A stretch of DNA of 64,000 bases from Escherichia coli (GTDB lineage: Bacteria; Pseudomonadota; Gammaproteobacteria; Enterobacterales; Enterobacteriaceae), in assembly GCF_003334355.1 (NCBI RefSeq), contig NZ_QOWP01000002.1, one strand, 5' to 3'. Every line of letters starts with the position of its first letter. Position 1 is the first letter of the stretch. The notes under the pieces are model-generated. The model searched no databases, was not told where the DNA came from, and saw only the letters and a program-made list of their open reading frames with translations. Below, piece after piece: positions 10,328 through 21,615 of this stretch. A program made the translations under genes and the position numbers.

Positions 10328-12265
10328 CTAACCATCATACCAAGCATAGTTAAGATACTGTGTAACTCTATTTCTTGATAGTTCAAATAGCTGAGTGCCA
10401 TTTTGAACTCCAGACAGATCAAACCTGGTATTTTTGGTTAGCATATCCCATCCAGTAGCAGCTGGTGATACATACATTTTAGTGGTGGACATAGGGATTA
10501 TGTTACCCCTCAAGCTAATGTCTGAAATAGAACCTGAACCTGTTACTTCCAGTGAAATTCCTTTGTTGGATGCTGGACATAAAATAGTGTTGCCAGAAGC
10601 AATAAAACCAGTCATGGAACCCGACGTTAGCATGTCTATACCATCTGAAAGGGTATAAGCGTTATTATTAGTGACCTTCACGTTTGACGTGTTTCCAGCG
10701 TCACTAGCCTTGATGAAATTGGTTGTGTTGCTTGACCGGTTGTAGTCAACATTAAGCCCAGCTATTGTTGACGCTCTCAGGAAATAACTATCATTAGAAC
10801 TATTGCCAGAGAATACATTTTCAGAAATATAAACATCTTCAGACATATATACATCTGCAAATGATTTACACGTCCCTTTTGCCCTGTTGCGGTTTATTTT
10901 GATGTGTTTACTACCACTACCATCATATGTCTTGATGAATAATGGGATTACAACAGCACCGCCGATCAGGTCGTTATCCGTAATTTCAATCTCATCCGCA
11001 TGGTTTCCTATATGAAATGCTTCTGTTCCATACTGACCTGCCGACAATATGTTCTTGTACACTTTGCCATACGAGGTATTGGCATGAGTATCTATGCCAA
11101 AGGTTTGACCAACACCAGCGCCTTGAATGAAGTATCGTGCAGCAAATCCGATAATATTGTTATTATATACCTTGAAATTTGAAGCGGTGTGACCTTCGTC
11201 GGGTTCAATATCTATACCAGCTAATAGCGTATCACCTATGTAGTTTCCATGAATCTCAAACTGCCTAGTATCACTTCCGGCTGCAATACCCATCCTATTG
11301 GTTGTAATGATGGTGTTATGCCTTACCTTGAAATTTTTCGCGTTATAAACCAGGATGCCATCACCACGCTGCATCCCTACACCACCAATATTTTTGATAT
11401 TACAATTTTGAATTAACAGCCCATCCGTCTGTACATCGTAGTTTGCATAATCACCGAACCATATTCCTATGCCGCACTCACCGGATAGCATTGAAATTCC
11501 AATATCGTGAACATTCACGCCGTCTATAACGATATTGCTGCCACCGTACCCACGAATTCCTCCATCCAGGGTGCCTGTTATATCAACATCAATCACTTTG
11601 GCGTTGGAGATGTTAGCCATAAGTATCCCGGATTTCTCTTGCTGAGTTCCGCCATCAAATTGAAAGTTTAATGACCCGCTATGCATCACTTTATTACTTT
11701 TGTGGTTAATAGGTGAGCGAAGTTTTGAAACGAATCCGACGCCACCAAGTTTAACGCTAGGAGATTCAGAGTCTAATGCAGCGGATACAGCAGCATCGTT
11801 GAACTCTCCATCAATAGCACCCCATCCGCGAATGTCACCCTCTTCTCTCCACTGCTGAATTTTAATATGCTGATCCATCGATGGGATTAGAAGATATCCA
11901 TTTGGACCCGCTAGCTCTTGTCTTAATTGGTCAGGGTCATACTTCAGCACATTAGGAAAATAGAACTGCTGGGAACCATACGCATCATAAACAGCCATAG
12001 AATGGCCTTGCACAGTTACGAACTTGGCAATCTGTCCGTTATATACCGGGTAACCAGCAGCGTTAATGATGATTGGTTGCGAAACAGGAACGTGAGAACC
12101 GTCTTCGTTCTCCACATAAACCTGAATCTGGTTTTCTGGATTTACCGGATCCGTGTCAATTTTACCGATATAAATTTTACCATTGGCTACGGCTTTAAAA
12201 GAACGAGCCATAGTGAAGAGTTGCGATGGCATTGATACGATCACATTGGCTGTAATGTCTGTCAT
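10328..12265 (-). CDS. Tailspike protein (P22 gp9-like head-binding N-terminus, 645 aa)
   Basis: N-terminus [60 protein letters not shown]... is the conserved P22-family tailspike head-binding domain; long beta-helix-like remainder. Confidence 0.9.
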   Translation of the reverse strand: MTDITANVIVSMPSQLFTMARSFKAVANGKIYIGKIDTDPVNPENQIQVYVENEDGSHVPVSQPIIINAAGYPVYNGQIAKFVTVQGHSMAVYDAYGSQQFYFPNVLKYDPDQLRQELAGPNGYLLIPSMDQHIKIQQWREEGDIRGWGAIDGEFNDAAVSAALDSESPSVKLGGVGFVSKLRSPINHKSNKVMHSGSLNFQFDGGTQQEKSGILMANISNAKVIDVDITGTLDGGIRGYGGSNIVIDGVNVHDIGISMLSGECGIGIWFGDYANYDVQTDGLLIQNCNIKNIGGVGMQRGDGILVYNAKNFKVRHNTIITTNRMGIAAGSDTRQFEIHGNYIGDTLLAGIDIEPDEGHTASNFKVYNNNIIGFAARYFIQGAGVGQTFGIDTHANTSYGKVYKNILSAGQYGTEAFHIGNHADEIEITDNDLIGGAVVIPLFIKTYDGSGSKHIKINRNRAKGTCKSFADVYMSEDVYISENVFSGNSSNDSYFLRASTIAGLNVDYNRSSNTTNFIKASDAGNTSNVKVTNNNAYTLSDGIDMLTSGSMTGFIASGNTILCPASNKGISLEVTGSGSISDISLRGNIIPMSTTKMYVSPAATGWDMLTKNTRFDLSGVQNGTQLFELSRNRVTQYLNYAWYDG

Positions 12266-12321
12266 TTAATTTGCTCCAGATACAAGGAATCGCCGCAGCA
12301 TGGCTACGGCAATGCGTCATT

Positions 12322-12336
12322 GAGACCACAGTGGTC
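12322..12336. promoter_or_regulatory. 15-bp palindrome AGACCACaGTGGTCT, Mnt-operator-like, between mnt and tailspike
   Basis: Perfect odd-length inverted repeat in the divergent mnt/tailspike intergenic region; resembles the symmetric P22 Mnt operator as recalled. Confidence 0.5.
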
Positions 12337-12400
12337 TTATTGTGGATATAACCAGTAGATCATATGATGCCGATCCACTTACAAAAGTGAGGCATCAAGA

Positions 12401-12652
12401 ATGGGAAGAGATGACCCGCAATTTAATCTGCGGCTACCTTACGAATTAAAGGAAAAACTAAAACAGCGAGCCAAATCCAATGGCCGCTCTCTTAATTCAG
12501 AATTAGTTCATATAGTGACTGATGCTGTATCAAAGCCATCCAAAATTTCAGGCTATCGAGACGATGCGGAACGCATCGCTGATGAGCAGTCCGACCTTGT
12601 TAAGAAGATGGTGTTTGATACGCTGAAGGATTTGTACAAAAAAACCACCTGA
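12401..12652 (+). CDS. mnt: Mnt-like ribbon-helix-helix repressor (83 aa)
   Basis: Translation MGRDDPQFNLRLPYELKEKLKQRAKSNGRSLNSELVHIVTDAVSKP...MVFDTLKDLYKKTT closely resembles P22 Mnt as recalled. Confidence 0.85.
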   Translation: MGRDDPQFNLRLPYELKEKLKQRAKSNGRSLNSELVHIVTDAVSKPSKISGYRDDAERIADEQSDLVKKMVFDTLKDLYKKTT

Positions 12653-12751
12653 CGGTGAGTTAATTTTTGCATTTACCTGGGCCATATTGACTACTTATAA
12701 AATGAGATCAATATTTAATCGCCCAATAACGGGTGTATGTTGAGGTATATC

Positions 12752-12931
12752 ATGGCGAAAAAACCAGGTGAAAACACAGGGAAAAACGGCGGAATATACC
12801 AAGAAGTTGGCCCACGCGGCGGTAAGAAAGACAATTTTGCCACCGTCAAGGACAACGAAAGGCTTCCACCAACAACAAAGCCAGGTCATGGCTGGGTATT
12901 GGATAAGCGAACTCCAGACAGCAAAAAGTAA
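12752..12931 (+). CDS. Hypothetical small protein (59 aa), unknown function
   Basis: ORF MAKKPGENTGKNGGIYQEVGPRGGKKDNFATVKDNERLPPTTKPGHGWVLDKRTPDSKK with GAGG RBS and a TTGACT -35-like element upstream. Confidence 0.55.
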   Translation: MAKKPGENTGKNGGIYQEVGPRGGKKDNFATVKDNERLPPTTKPGHGWVLDKRTPDSKK

Positions 12932-12944
12932 TAATCAAGCCGGG

Positions 12945-13310
12945 TCACTCCGGCTTTTTGATATGTCGCTCGCAGAACTCAACAAGCCTGCTCATTAAGT
13001 AGCAGTAAGTCTCGTTGGCTCTTCCTGGTTCAACATCAACACCTACCCTTGAGCAGATATCGAATGCCATGTGAGCGCACTCATGGGCAATAGTAGATAG
13101 TTTGCCATTGAACACGCCTATCACATGCAAAACACCATTCTCGCTACTCATTGTATGAGACGCTCCGTTGGCGTCCGAGTCATGCACGTCAACGCCAAGT
13201 TTTTGATGCAGGCGTTGCCATTCTGGAAAGTCTCTACAAAACACAATTGTACCGCTCTCAAAGAGCGGAACGAGCATCTTTGGTACGTTTCCAATGTTAA
13301 CTTTTTTCAT
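12945..13310 (-). CDS. Hypothetical protein with HExxH motif (121 aa), possible small zinc-metallopeptidase-like protein
   Basis: Protein-like [27 protein letters not shown]... containing AHECAHM; occupies a gap not covered by other credible genes; AGGA upstream of ATG. Confidence 0.5.
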   Translation of the reverse strand: MKKVNIGNVPKMLVPLFESGTIVFCRDFPEWQRLHQKLGVDVHDSDANGASHTMSSENGVLHVIGVFNGKLSTIAHECAHMAFDICSRVGVDVEPGRANETYCYLMSRLVEFCERHIKKPE

Positions 13311-13340
13311 GGTATCCTGCGTAAAACTAAGGAGGTTGGT

Positions 13341-13835
13341 GTGTCTGATTCTATGAGTTACGCTGTGCTAGTTGCCGCAACTCTATTTCTGGGGATAGGG
13401 TTGCAGATTGCGTGGTTCTTTTTTTCTAGTTTTATTAAACGTAAAAGAATTGAATCAAGGATATCTGAGATTTCTATTGCTATAGGGAAAAATGCTGAAA
13501 ATCCAGAGAATGAGGCCTGCGCACTGAATTACCTTAAAGAAAAGTTTTCCCCTGAAAAATTTGAAAACAGAATTACTGATGCTCTTGGATTGGTAATATC
13601 AGTAATTCATATGCCACTAAGTTTGCTGATAACAGTGTGGTACTTCGCCATGATCGCCGGAAGAATATTTGGTTTCATGAATATAGAGCCTGTAGTTCTT
13701 TGGGTTCCAATGATACTGCAATTGTTGTTAAGCGTTGCTATCTTTATTTTTTCTGTTTTTATAAAAATTGTCTTCGGAAGATACCCCGGAGAAGCGAAGG
13801 GATTTAATAAAGAATTCATAAAAACTATAAAATAA
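13341..13835 (+). CDS. Hypothetical multi-pass membrane protein (~164 aa); candidate superinfection-exclusion protein by position (SieA-like locus)
   Basis: AGGAGG RBS then GTG 13341/ATG 13354; hydrophobic segments ([24 protein letters not shown]..., ...[20 protein letters not shown]..., ...[27 protein letters not shown]). The upstream extension to 13125 in the ORF track is rejected. Confidence 0.6.
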   Translation: MSDSMSYAVLVAATLFLGIGLQIAWFFFSSFIKRKRIESRISEISIAIGKNAENPENEACALNYLKEKFSPEKFENRITDALGLVISVIHMPLSLLITVWYFAMIAGRIFGFMNIEPVVLWVPMILQLLLSVAIFIFSVFIKIVFGRYPGEAKGFNKEFIKTIK

Positions 13836-13857
13836 ATGCCGTCCTTGGCTTACAGTG

Positions 13858-15732
13858 CTACTGCCGGGTAGCTTCGTTAACTAAGAGCGGGCGCACGGCA
13901 GTAGCCGCCTGATTTAGCGCTCTTTCATAAGCTGGCGTTCCAGCTTTAGTGTTTGCCAGACGTAAGAGCGCATTCCTTGCTGCTTTGGATTCATACAAGC
14001 GCATCATTGCACCGAAACCAGCCTCAAGCCCCATTGATACGCCAAGAGTCGTAGTTGCGCCAATCGTCCTTATCCTGTTGGCTTGCGATTGCCCCGTCTG
14101 AGTTACTACATTTGCGGTGTCTGATCTTGCTGTTTGCTGTAGAACTTCATGAAGAGCATCAAGTTCTTTCATGTGCTTTCCAGAAAAAATAGCGTTGTAA
14201 ATTTCACCGCCTGACTGAGATTTCAGCTTATTAACTTCCGTGATGAACTTGGCTGGAGAGTCACCGGCCTTTTCCGCTATTTTGCTGACGTAAGCTGCAC
14301 GCATAGCATCTTTCCCTTTATCATCCAATGCGCTCCAGATTCGTTTCACGTCAGATGGTTTTCTGCTTAATACAACAGTATTTATAAGTTCAGGACTGGC
14401 TTCACTGCTTGCCTTGTTGAGCTTGTTAGCAATGTTTTTATTAAGCACCTTATTATAAACGTTTGCATAATCGGAATTTGCTTTAAGGTATTTTGCTGCG
14501 TCTGAAGCACCGAGGTTTTTAGCAACTGCGTTACGAAGGTCTTTTGACATTGCATTCTCTACCATATTGGTAGCTGCTTTTGCCTGGTTGGGGAAGACCA
14601 TGGCATCTCCCTGAACATTAGATCTAAATGCTGTTCTGTGCTGGCGCAAGAGATCAAACGTAACATCCAAATCAGTTGCAGGGTTTGCTAATTCTTCACG
14701 TAGGTTACGCAAGGATGTAAGCAGGCTTTGATTGGCAGAAGTCCCAAGCCGTTCCTGTCTTGCGATCGCTGTATTCAGAGCATTCATGGTATTTGTGGTA
14801 TCAACTGCGGCATTACCCATTTTATTGGTGACGTCATTGATAACAGCGCCAGCGGCATCCTTCCGTCCCCTTAACGTGGTGGTCAGAGATTTCACCACAT
14901 CATCAGGGTTGTACTCACCAAAACGGTCAAAATAATTGCTTACCAGCTTACTACGCGTTGCATATTGCTCCGCTCGCTTTGAGCCTGTCCCGAGCAAAGC
15001 CCCCTCAGCATCCTGAGTAAGTCCGCGAGTGAAAGCATTTTTCGGCGGGATAACATCAGATGTCATTGGTGTCACGCCCATCGATTCTGATGTGGCAATT
15101 TTCTTTGCCACTTCTGGCGCAATATCACCTTTTATAGCCGTTATTCCACGCCCTATTCCCTTTGCTGCTGCGGAAAGAACCCCCTGAGCGGCAAGGTTAA
15201 CTCCGGCATTTTTAGTTGCATTTTGTGCGAAATCGCCTTTCTGATTTGCGGCCTCTGCCAGTGATCCAATAGCCATGCTTCCTGCCGTTCCAACTCCTGG
15301 AACTAAATACCCGCCAATTGTTTCACCAGCTTGAGCGTAGGGGTCTGTCGGTCGATCGACTGGACGATAAACATCATCCAAAACCTTGGGGCCACCAAGC
15401 CCCTGGCTGATTGCATTAATCAGGCTTGCGCCGCCCTGTAATACGTCGAATGGTATGTTTACCAGACCACGACCAGCCTGCTCTGCAATTTGCCCTGCAC
15501 TTTGACCACCTGTGAGCCAATCACCAGCTTGTTGCATCAATGATGGTTCTTCTTTCTGCTGCTGAGGCGGAGGGTATGCTGCATAAAACTGATCTCTTGC
15601 TTCAGCCCATTTGTCACCAGCCTTAGGGGCAACAACCTCATCAAAATATTGCGCTTGAGCCTGTGCTTTCTGTTCTTCAGTTAACGCCTGATACTGTGGA
15701 GAGGCGATAACATCTTTCCATGCTTTAGCCAT
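13858..15732 (-). CDS. Ejection (DNA-transfer) protein, P22 gp16-like (624 aa)
   Basis: Size, position at the distal end of the late operon and Ala/Gln-rich sequence typical of P22 gp16. Confidence 0.8.
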   Translation of the reverse strand: MAKAWKDVIASPQYQALTEEQKAQAQAQYFDEVVAPKAGDKWAEARDQFYAAYPPPQQQKEEPSLMQQAGDWLTGGQSAGQIAEQAGRGLVNIPFDVLQGGASLINAISQGLGGPKVLDDVYRPVDRPTDPYAQAGETIGGYLVPGVGTAGSMAIGSLAEAANQKGDFAQNATKNAGVNLAAQGVLSAAAKGIGRGITAIKGDIAPEVAKKIATSESMGVTPMTSDVIPPKNAFTRGLTQDAEGALLGTGSKRAEQYATRSKLVSNYFDRFGEYNPDDVVKSLTTTLRGRKDAAGAVINDVTNKMGNAAVDTTNTMNALNTAIARQERLGTSANQSLLTSLRNLREELANPATDLDVTFDLLRQHRTAFRSNVQGDAMVFPNQAKAATNMVENAMSKDLRNAVAKNLGASDAAKYLKANSDYANVYNKVLNKNIANKLNKASSEASPELINTVVLSRKPSDVKRIWSALDDKGKDAMRAAYVSKIAEKAGDSPAKFITEVNKLKSQSGGEIYNAIFSGKHMKELDALHEVLQQTARSDTANVVTQTGQSQANRIRTIGATTTLGVSMGLEAGFGAMMRLYESKAARNALLRLANTKAGTPAYERALNQAATAVRPLLVNEATRQ

Positions 15733-17126
15733 TAATCACCCCATAGTGAAGAAAAGTTACTGCTGGCTGCTGGCTGTGATACCTGTGTAGGTTGAGATTG
15801 CTGCCGCTGAGATTTACCAACATTAACGTTATATTGTTGGTTGTAATTGTCGGTATATTGCTGAATGTCGCGCATTGATTGTTGCAGTGCTTCAGGGCTT
15901 GAGAAATCAACCTGTGGCATACCTTGAAAATACATCTTTGCTTCTGCAACGGTGTTGATACCGGATGCCCCCATGTCTCTGGCTGCTGCAATGCCCTGAT
16001 TCTGCATCTTTCCTTGGATTCGCTGTGCAGCGTTGTATAGTTTCCTCTGATCACCACCAGATGCACGGCTACGAATATCTGCACCAAGAGCAGGAGAACC
16101 TGAAGAGCCTGTAATGCCAGTCATGAAGCCAAGATCGTCAATTGATGCACCAGAAATTGCATCAAGATCTTTCTTCATTGCGTAATTCTGCGCGCTTGCT
16201 GCCGATGTAGCCGGAGCGGCAATAGAGCCAGCAGGGACGCGAACCATATTCCCCTCGTTGTCGATACCTTCGTAGAACGCATTAGCCCCAGCGCCGTGAA
16301 GCTTCCCGCCTACCGTTACAGTTCTGCCATCTGATAACTGAACTGTACGCTCATCATTCCCAGCGATTCCTCTTATTGACGCTCGCTTCATTGCCAAATC
16401 CTGACCTCGTCGCGCAGTAGAAGCAGATAAGTCCTGACCGCGCATCGTGATGTTCTGGCCTCGTGCTGTTAGTGCTTCTCCTGCCTGATTGCTGCGGATT
16501 GTCTCTGCCAGTCTTCCTCGGTCAATCTCACGACCAGCCATCTTGTCCTGAACATTGAAGTAATCAATTGGACCAAGAGCAGCCATTCCAAGGTGATCAA
16601 CAAACTCACCAAATCCTGAAGGGTTCTGCTGATACATCTGAGCAACGTTATTAGGGTCAACACCGACGCGAGTCAGTTCCTTGGCGTTGTTTTGCAGCCA
16701 TGATTGCATTGCTTCTGGAGACGAGGCCGCAAGGCGTGCGCCAGCCGCTAAGGTGCCGATAGAATTGCGCTGGTCTTCGTCTGCCCACTTCATACCAGAC
16801 TGAATCTTCTCTAATTGACCAGGATATTTGGCCATCAGATCTCGAACCTGCTGTCGATCACCTGATTGAATAGCAGAAGCATAATCCTTTCTGAATGCCG
16901 CCTCTTGCTTCTGCTGATCATATTGCTGCAATCCTTGCATTGTGCTTGTTATTCCCTGCAGAGCCTGCAGACCGATATTGTTGCGACCAAGCCTGGCATC
17001 CTCATTATTCTGACGAATGTAAGCCAGTGTCTCATTTACATCACTCGCCTTTGGCGCATTCTCATTTTGCGCACCAATTCCAGCCAGAAAACCACCGGAG
17101 TTGATGCTCTGTTGCCAAGTTGCCAC
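15732..17126 (-). CDS. Ejection protein, P22 gp20-like (464 aa)
   Basis: Order 7-20-16 and size match the P22 ejection protein set. Confidence 0.8.
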   Translation of the reverse strand: MATWQQSINSGGFLAGIGAQNENAPKASDVNETLAYIRQNNEDARLGRNNIGLQALQGITSTMQGLQQYDQQKQEAAFRKDYASAIQSGDRQQVRDLMAKYPGQLEKIQSGMKWADEDQRNSIGTLAAGARLAASSPEAMQSWLQNNAKELTRVGVDPNNVAQMYQQNPSGFGEFVDHLGMAALGPIDYFNVQDKMAGREIDRGRLAETIRSNQAGEALTARGQNITMRGQDLSASTARRGQDLAMKRASIRGIAGNDERTVQLSDGRTVTVGGKLHGAGANAFYEGIDNEGNMVRVPAGSIAAPATSAASAQNYAMKKDLDAISGASIDDLGFMTGITGSSGSPALGADIRSRASGGDQRKLYNAAQRIQGKMQNQGIAAARDMGASGINTVAEAKMYFQGMPQVDFSSPEALQQSMRDIQQYTDNYNQQYNVNVGKSQRQQSQPTQVSQPAASSNFSSLWGD

Positions 17127-17138
17127 TGTTCACCTCCA

Positions 17139-17801
17139 TCAGTAAAGAAGAGAGCCGAGAGCACCTACACCTGCACCAATTGCCGCTCCCCATGGACCAC
17201 CAACACTGCCACCAATAGCAGCACCGGAACCTATTCCACCAATCAATTTCTGACCTGTAGATGGTCGGTTGGCATTTGCTGCGACTGCTGCTGCCTGCTG
17301 TTGATACAACTGACTGGCATTGTTTGCATAGGTCTGCCCGGCGTTTGCCTGACCTGTAAGAGCACCAAGGCCGATATTTGCCAGATTGTTGTAGTTGTTC
17401 ATCTGACCTGACAGCCAGTTTTGACCGAGTGTAGGTGCGATTGCTGCTAACTGGTTTCCTGTTGCTGTAGAGCCTAATCCACCCGTTGCCTCTGCTGCTG
17501 CCAGACTCTGATAGCGCGCCTGCCCTGCAAGGTCTTTATACTGCTGGGAGTTGTAATACTGGTTAAGCGCCTGACCTTGCCCCTGAAGAGAGGAAAGATT
17601 TTGCAACTGTGATACGTACTGCTGAGCGAGTGGCGTGAACGGTGCAAGGTTCTGCATGTTCGTTTGCCACATTTCACGCTGCAATTCGATGCCCTTTTCA
17701 GTTGCGCGTGCCTGGGCTTTAGAGCCGGAGTCGCTGCCGCCTTTCATATACCCATTCATGGGAAGCAATTTATTCTTGAAGCTTTCGCTAAGTACTAACA
17801 T
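17139..17801 (-). CDS. Ejection protein, P22 gp7-like (220 aa)
   Basis: Gly/Ala/Gln-rich 220-aa protein in the gp7 position. Confidence 0.75.
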   Translation of the reverse strand: MLVLSESFKNKLLPMNGYMKGGSDSGSKAQARATEKGIELQREMWQTNMQNLAPFTPLAQQYVSQLQNLSSLQGQGQALNQYYNSQQYKDLAGQARYQSLAAAEATGGLGSTATGNQLAAIAPTLGQNWLSGQMNNYNNLANIGLGALTGQANAGQTYANNASQLYQQQAAAVAANANRPSTGQKLIGGIGSGAAIGGSVGGPWGAAIGAGVGALGSLLY

Positions 17802-18255
17802 TTATTAGCTCCTCATATTTCGAACGAGGTAATTGATAGAGGGTGATTCCTACCGGTTTTCCGTTACTCATGTACGCATCATCAAGGTGACCAACACGGG
17901 TAGCGCCAAGCAAACGGATAATTGCCCGTCCGTATTTGGTGGTGTCAGGAACCATGGTGATGCTGTTAAGGAATGGTGAGTTTTCGAGAAGCCATTTGCA
18001 GAATAATCGATGCCCTTGCAGTGCATATTCTCCACGGAATCCGGGGTCATACACCGCATGGCATTCAACAACGCTATGCCAGAAGTTACGCACTTCATGA
18101 ACTCCAGCCAGCACTAATCCTTCGTAGATGCCGAGATATACCGCATCAGGCTTGATGTAGTATTTGTCTCCACTGTCTACGATATTTCCCGTGTTTGCCG
18201 GGTTGTTGAGGAATTCTGCAAGCTTCACCGGGTTATCGATGAGCTTTATGTGCAT
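17788..18255 (-). CDS. P22 gp14-like virion protein (155 aa)
   Basis: Position between the tail needle and gp7 as in P22. Confidence 0.65.
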   Translation of the reverse strand: MHIKLIDNPVKLAEFLNNPANTGNIVDSGDKYYIKPDAVYLGIYEGLVLAGVHEVRNFWHSVVECHAVYDPGFRGEYALQGHRLFCKWLLENSPFLNSITMVPDTTKYGRAIIRLLGATRVGHLDDAYMSNGKPVGITLYQLPRSKYEELINVST

Positions 18256-18962
18256 TAGTTGATTAATCCATGTGTTCGTAAGGCGTCTTCCAGTGCTTTG
18301 ATGCGCTGCCGCGCCTGCTGTAAACCTGTAGCCATAGCGGAAACTTCAGACTGCGTATACGTGGTACTGACCGTGTATGCCTGGTTAGCGTTGAATGCGC
18401 CGAGAAGTGCCGTTCCGGTTGCTGCTGTCCATCCTGTCTGACGAGCACCGATAACCTTGGTGCCGCCGACTGAATAGGATGTTGTTACGTTGAGGGGGGA
18501 TGCCAGCGATTGTGTTGCTGTGGCTGTTTTCGATACGTAATCGTCCTGCAATGCAGAAATATTTCCTTCAGCCTCCGTCACTCTACCATCGAGAGCACTG
18601 ACATCAGCCTGCAAGGTGACTATTTCACCTTCAGCCGTGGTTAGTCTGACATCCAGCGACGCGATTGCATTGGTATTTGCAGTAATACGGATTTCATGGT
18701 CGTCTACGTCGATGCGGAGCTGACGAATTCTTTCTTCGTGATCGACCAGAATCACATCCTGCTCATCGTTCCTGACCTGTGCATGATAAGCGCCCTGTCC
18801 GGCCTCGTTGGCCTTGTTAGCCACGTTACCAACATCAGCGCCCTGTGCGATAACGTACAGCAGATATGACTGCGAGAAGATATTGCGTGGAAGGATTGAT
18901 GTATCGAGCCGTGTAGCTTGGATGATTACCGGCACATTGAGATTCGAATCAGCCATTAACAT
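18255..18962 (-). CDS. Tail needle protein, P22 gp26-like
   Basis: Translation ...[43 protein letters not shown]... with trimeric coiled-coil heptads; closely resembles P22 gp26. True start probably the Met at 18956. Confidence 0.9.
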   Translation of the reverse strand: MLMADSNLNVPVIIQATRLDTSILPRNIFSQSYLLYVIAQGADVGNVANKANEAGQGAYHAQVRNDEQDVILVDHEERIRQLRIDVDDHEIRITANTNAIASLDVRLTTAEGEIVTLQADVSALDGRVTEAEGNISALQDDYVSKTATATQSLASPLNVTTSYSVGGTKVIGARQTGWTAATGTALLGAFNANQAYTVSTTYTQSEVSAMATGLQQARQRIKALEDALRTHGLIN

Positions 18963-19494
18963 GCCTCCACGATTTACCAGACTGGATATTGTGAATCACC
19001 GTCTGACTGACACAGTATTTTTTAGCAAGCTCTCTTTGATTAACTCCCTTTGATTTCTTTATTTCTATTACTTGCTCATATGAGAGCTTTGAAATTGGAT
19101 TATTTTCTCCTTTTAAAGCCGGAAACTTCACCCTGCCTTGAGATGAGCAATGCTTCATATTCTCCTTTTGAGTACACCACTCTAAATTAGAAGCATTATT
19201 ATTTTTTCGGTTGTTATCTATGTGATTTATGAACGGCTTGCCTTCTGGATTGGGGACGAAAGCAAGAGCGACAAGCCTATGCACAAGCCATTTTACTTTA
19301 ACTCCATCAACACTAAGTGGCAAATATAGATAACCTTTATTATTCTCGTGTTGTTTTAGCCACCGACCCTTTCTGAGTTGCGTGCTGCCATGCGCAGCCT
19401 TAACAACACGTGAGTGAGAATATACTCGCCCATCCTCTGTTACGGCATATAAACCTTCATATCCAGGAATATCTTTTGCGTTTTCACTCAACAT
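18949..19494 (-). CDS. Free-standing HNH homing endonuclease (181 aa) inserted between gp10 and gp26
   Basis: Motifs [16 protein letters not shown] (NUMOD4-like), [25 protein letters not shown] (HNH) and a C-terminal HTH-like segment. Confidence 0.85.
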   Translation of the reverse strand: MLSENAKDIPGYEGLYAVTEDGRVYSHSRVVKAAHGSTQLRKGRWLKQHENNKGYLYLPLSVDGVKVKWLVHRLVALAFVPNPEGKPFINHIDNNRKNNNASNLEWCTQKENMKHCSSQGRVKFPALKGENNPISKLSYEQVIEIKKSKGVNQRELAKKYCVSQTVIHNIQSGKSWRHVNG

Positions 19495-19515
19495 ATCTAC
19501 TCCTTTAGTTTCGAT

Positions 19516-20934
19516 TTATGTTACACGAATAGAAAGGCCTGATAATGTAACAGGACCTTTTGCAATAACTCTGAATTTAAATCCAATGAGGCGTCTAACT
19601 CGACCAACTTTTCGCCATAAAACGCGATTGTCATATACAAATGGTTTTTGTAATACGACCATTTGCTCACGACCGTAATTAATTCCATCTGTAGTTGCTG
19701 ATATAAATATTCTATCTATTCTATCACACACGCCGCCAGATGTTTCTAATTCAAGGTCATTTATTAAAGCGTTATCTGCCTTTATTAGAGGGGAATATAA
19801 AATATGCTCTTGTTGTTTTTCGTATTGTGAAGATATATCGAACTGCAATTTCCCGGTCACGGATTCCAGCTTATCGCCGCACGTTATCTGATTGCCTTCG
19901 TAAATGAAGTCGATAGCGCGGTACACATCGTCATACAAGCCAGTTTTCAACACACACCATTGCGGACCATTGGCGCTTGAAGATGCGTCGTACACGAGAA
20001 CATGGCGCGCAAGATGGATAATCAGCAACTCATGCGCATCAAATCGTAGAGACTCCATCACGCCATCAGCCAGTTCATCAGCAGTGTAGGAACGGAGGAT
20101 TTTCTCAATGCTCGCGCTGGCGATTGGTGATACCTGACCGGAGCCGATGATGTACACAGACGGCGCACCTGTTGCCGGATTGCTGATGAACGCATACGAA
20201 TCAGCAAACGGCGTTTTGCAGTAAGTTCCGGCGATGCCTTTTTGCACCATCAGTGATGGCTGTGCGACATACAAAGCAGCACCAACGGTGGTTGCGCCAG
20301 TCAGGGAGAAATATTCAATCGTCGATGAACCAAAGCAGACGATGAAGTCTCGCCATGTGCCGATACCGATGATGCCGTCCGGCTGCGACTCGGCACGATA
20401 TTGTGCGCTGTAACGGTCAGGATGCGATTCGTCTTCAAGGTCAGTGATAAACCATGAATCAGTGCCGTCTTTTGACCACGCATAACGCCCACGCAAGCGC
20501 GTAATGTCACGAACCGAACCTAACTCATACTGAGTGAATCCGCTATCTGCAGGCCAGTTTGAGACGGTTTTAACCGTGCCATCATAGCGATACTCGACCA
20601 GCTGACCGTTAACACCTACCGCCTGTGATGTCCGACCATGCGCCATTGATACGCGACCGCTTCCGGCAACATCACCGACTTCACTTTCTCCTTTGTACAG
20701 CTTGCCACCACACACGCGATAAACAGCACCCTGCGCCATGTTGTACTCGACGCCGCGAGATACACCGTTCACATCAGAACGTTTGGCAATGCCCGGGAAT
20801 GAGCGAAGATATCCGCTGCTGTTCAGGATTTCTTTGGGTGTGGCCAGCATATTCACTGGCAGATAGTCGATATAGTCGGCGTTTCGAAAGTCTTTGCCGA
20901 CACCTTTCATAAGCGGAAGTTGCTGAATCGGCAT
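19516..20934 (-). CDS. Tail hub / DNA stabilisation protein, P22 gp10-like (472 aa)
   Basis: 472 aa, gene order 4-10-26 as in P22. Confidence 0.85.
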   Translation of the reverse strand: MPIQQLPLMKGVGKDFRNADYIDYLPVNMLATPKEILNSSGYLRSFPGIAKRSDVNGVSRGVEYNMAQGAVYRVCGGKLYKGESEVGDVAGSGRVSMAHGRTSQAVGVNGQLVEYRYDGTVKTVSNWPADSGFTQYELGSVRDITRLRGRYAWSKDGTDSWFITDLEDESHPDRYSAQYRAESQPDGIIGIGTWRDFIVCFGSSTIEYFSLTGATTVGAALYVAQPSLMVQKGIAGTYCKTPFADSYAFISNPATGAPSVYIIGSGQVSPIASASIEKILRSYTADELADGVMESLRFDAHELLIIHLARHVLVYDASSSANGPQWCVLKTGLYDDVYRAIDFIYEGNQITCGDKLESVTGKLQFDISSQYEKQQEHILYSPLIKADNALINDLELETSGGVCDRIDRIFISATTDGINYGREQMVVLQKPFVYDNRVLWRKVGRVRRLIGFKFRVIAKGPVTLSGLSIRVT

Positions 20935-20943
20935 TTATTCACC

Positions 20944-21405
20944 TCACGTACTCGGATCATCTTTCTCGATGTAAAACCGATTCCACGTAAACGCGCTTTT
21001 GTTACCACTACCGCGAGGCATGTCATTTCGCCGCTCAAGTGGTGGTATTTTGGTTAAAGCGATGCAAATTGTCTGGTATGCACTGTCAGCAGCGGTAAGG
21101 AGAGCGTCTGACGGCTGAATGACGTTATCCATGCACACTTGCACAGCGAGTTTCAAGGCGACGCCATCATTTGCCCATGCAGGGATACCTGAATCATCGT
21201 CAGGTAACGGCATGATGCCGTTTTCTGTATCAGCAAACTGATATCCAAGCTCGATACCTTTAGCCTGCCATGCTGCCATCATGTCTTCGAGGTCATTAAT
21301 GGCATCTTCAATTGCCTGAGGGTCAGCATCTGTCAACGTGGCATTGGAATACAGCCCGGCTTTTCGTAAAGCCTTAAGAACGAGATCACCCTTCGTTTTC
21401 GCCAT
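20944..21405 (-). CDS. Head-to-tail adaptor, P22 gp4-like (153 aa)
   Basis: Translation MAKTKGDLVLKALRKAGLYSNATLTDADPQAIEDAINDLEDMMAAW... resembles P22 gp4. Confidence 0.85.
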   Translation of the reverse strand: MAKTKGDLVLKALRKAGLYSNATLTDADPQAIEDAINDLEDMMAAWQAKGIELGYQFADTENGIMPLPDDDSGIPAWANDGVALKLAVQVCMDNVIQPSDALLTAADSAYQTICIALTKIPPLERRNDMPRGSGNKSAFTWNRFYIEKDDPST

Positions 21406-21574
21406 CTTCTTCCGCCTTAGCCACTTTATGCTTCGTTGCGGTTTCTTCAGGAGTTTTTACCCAGCCTTTTTTCAGGTGAGATTTAACTTCTTCGTCATCA
21501 ACAATGATGTAATCGACAGCAAACTGACCACAGGTGATCATGTTGCCCGGCTTATAGAGCATTGTTCGTGCCAT
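21386..21574 (-). CDS. Small hypothetical protein downstream of the coat gene (62 aa)
   Basis: ORF MARTMLYKPGNMITCGQFAVDYIIVDDEEVKSHLKKGW... with GGGAGAAG RBS; overlaps the gp4 start by 20 nt. Confidence 0.55.
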   Translation of the reverse strand: MARTMLYKPGNMITCGQFAVDYIIVDDEEVKSHLKKGWVKTPEETATKHKVAKAEEDGENEG

Positions 21575-21582
21575 TGTCTTCT

Positions 21583-21609
21583 CCCAATAAAAATGGGGCC
21601 GAAGCCCCA
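21583..21609 (-). terminator. Rho-independent terminator/attenuator just after the coat gene
   Basis: Minus-strand hairpin GGGGCttcgGCCCC followed by ATTTTTATT, directly downstream of the coat stop codon. Confidence 0.7.
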
Positions 21610-21615
21610 CCAAAA

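Noticed and set aside
13125-13340. N-terminal extension of the membrane-protein ORF (236-aa version)
   Set aside because: No RBS at 13125, unprotein-like N-terminus, and it overlaps the better-supported minus-strand HExxH gene; start moved to the RBS-preceded GTG/ATG at 13341/13354.
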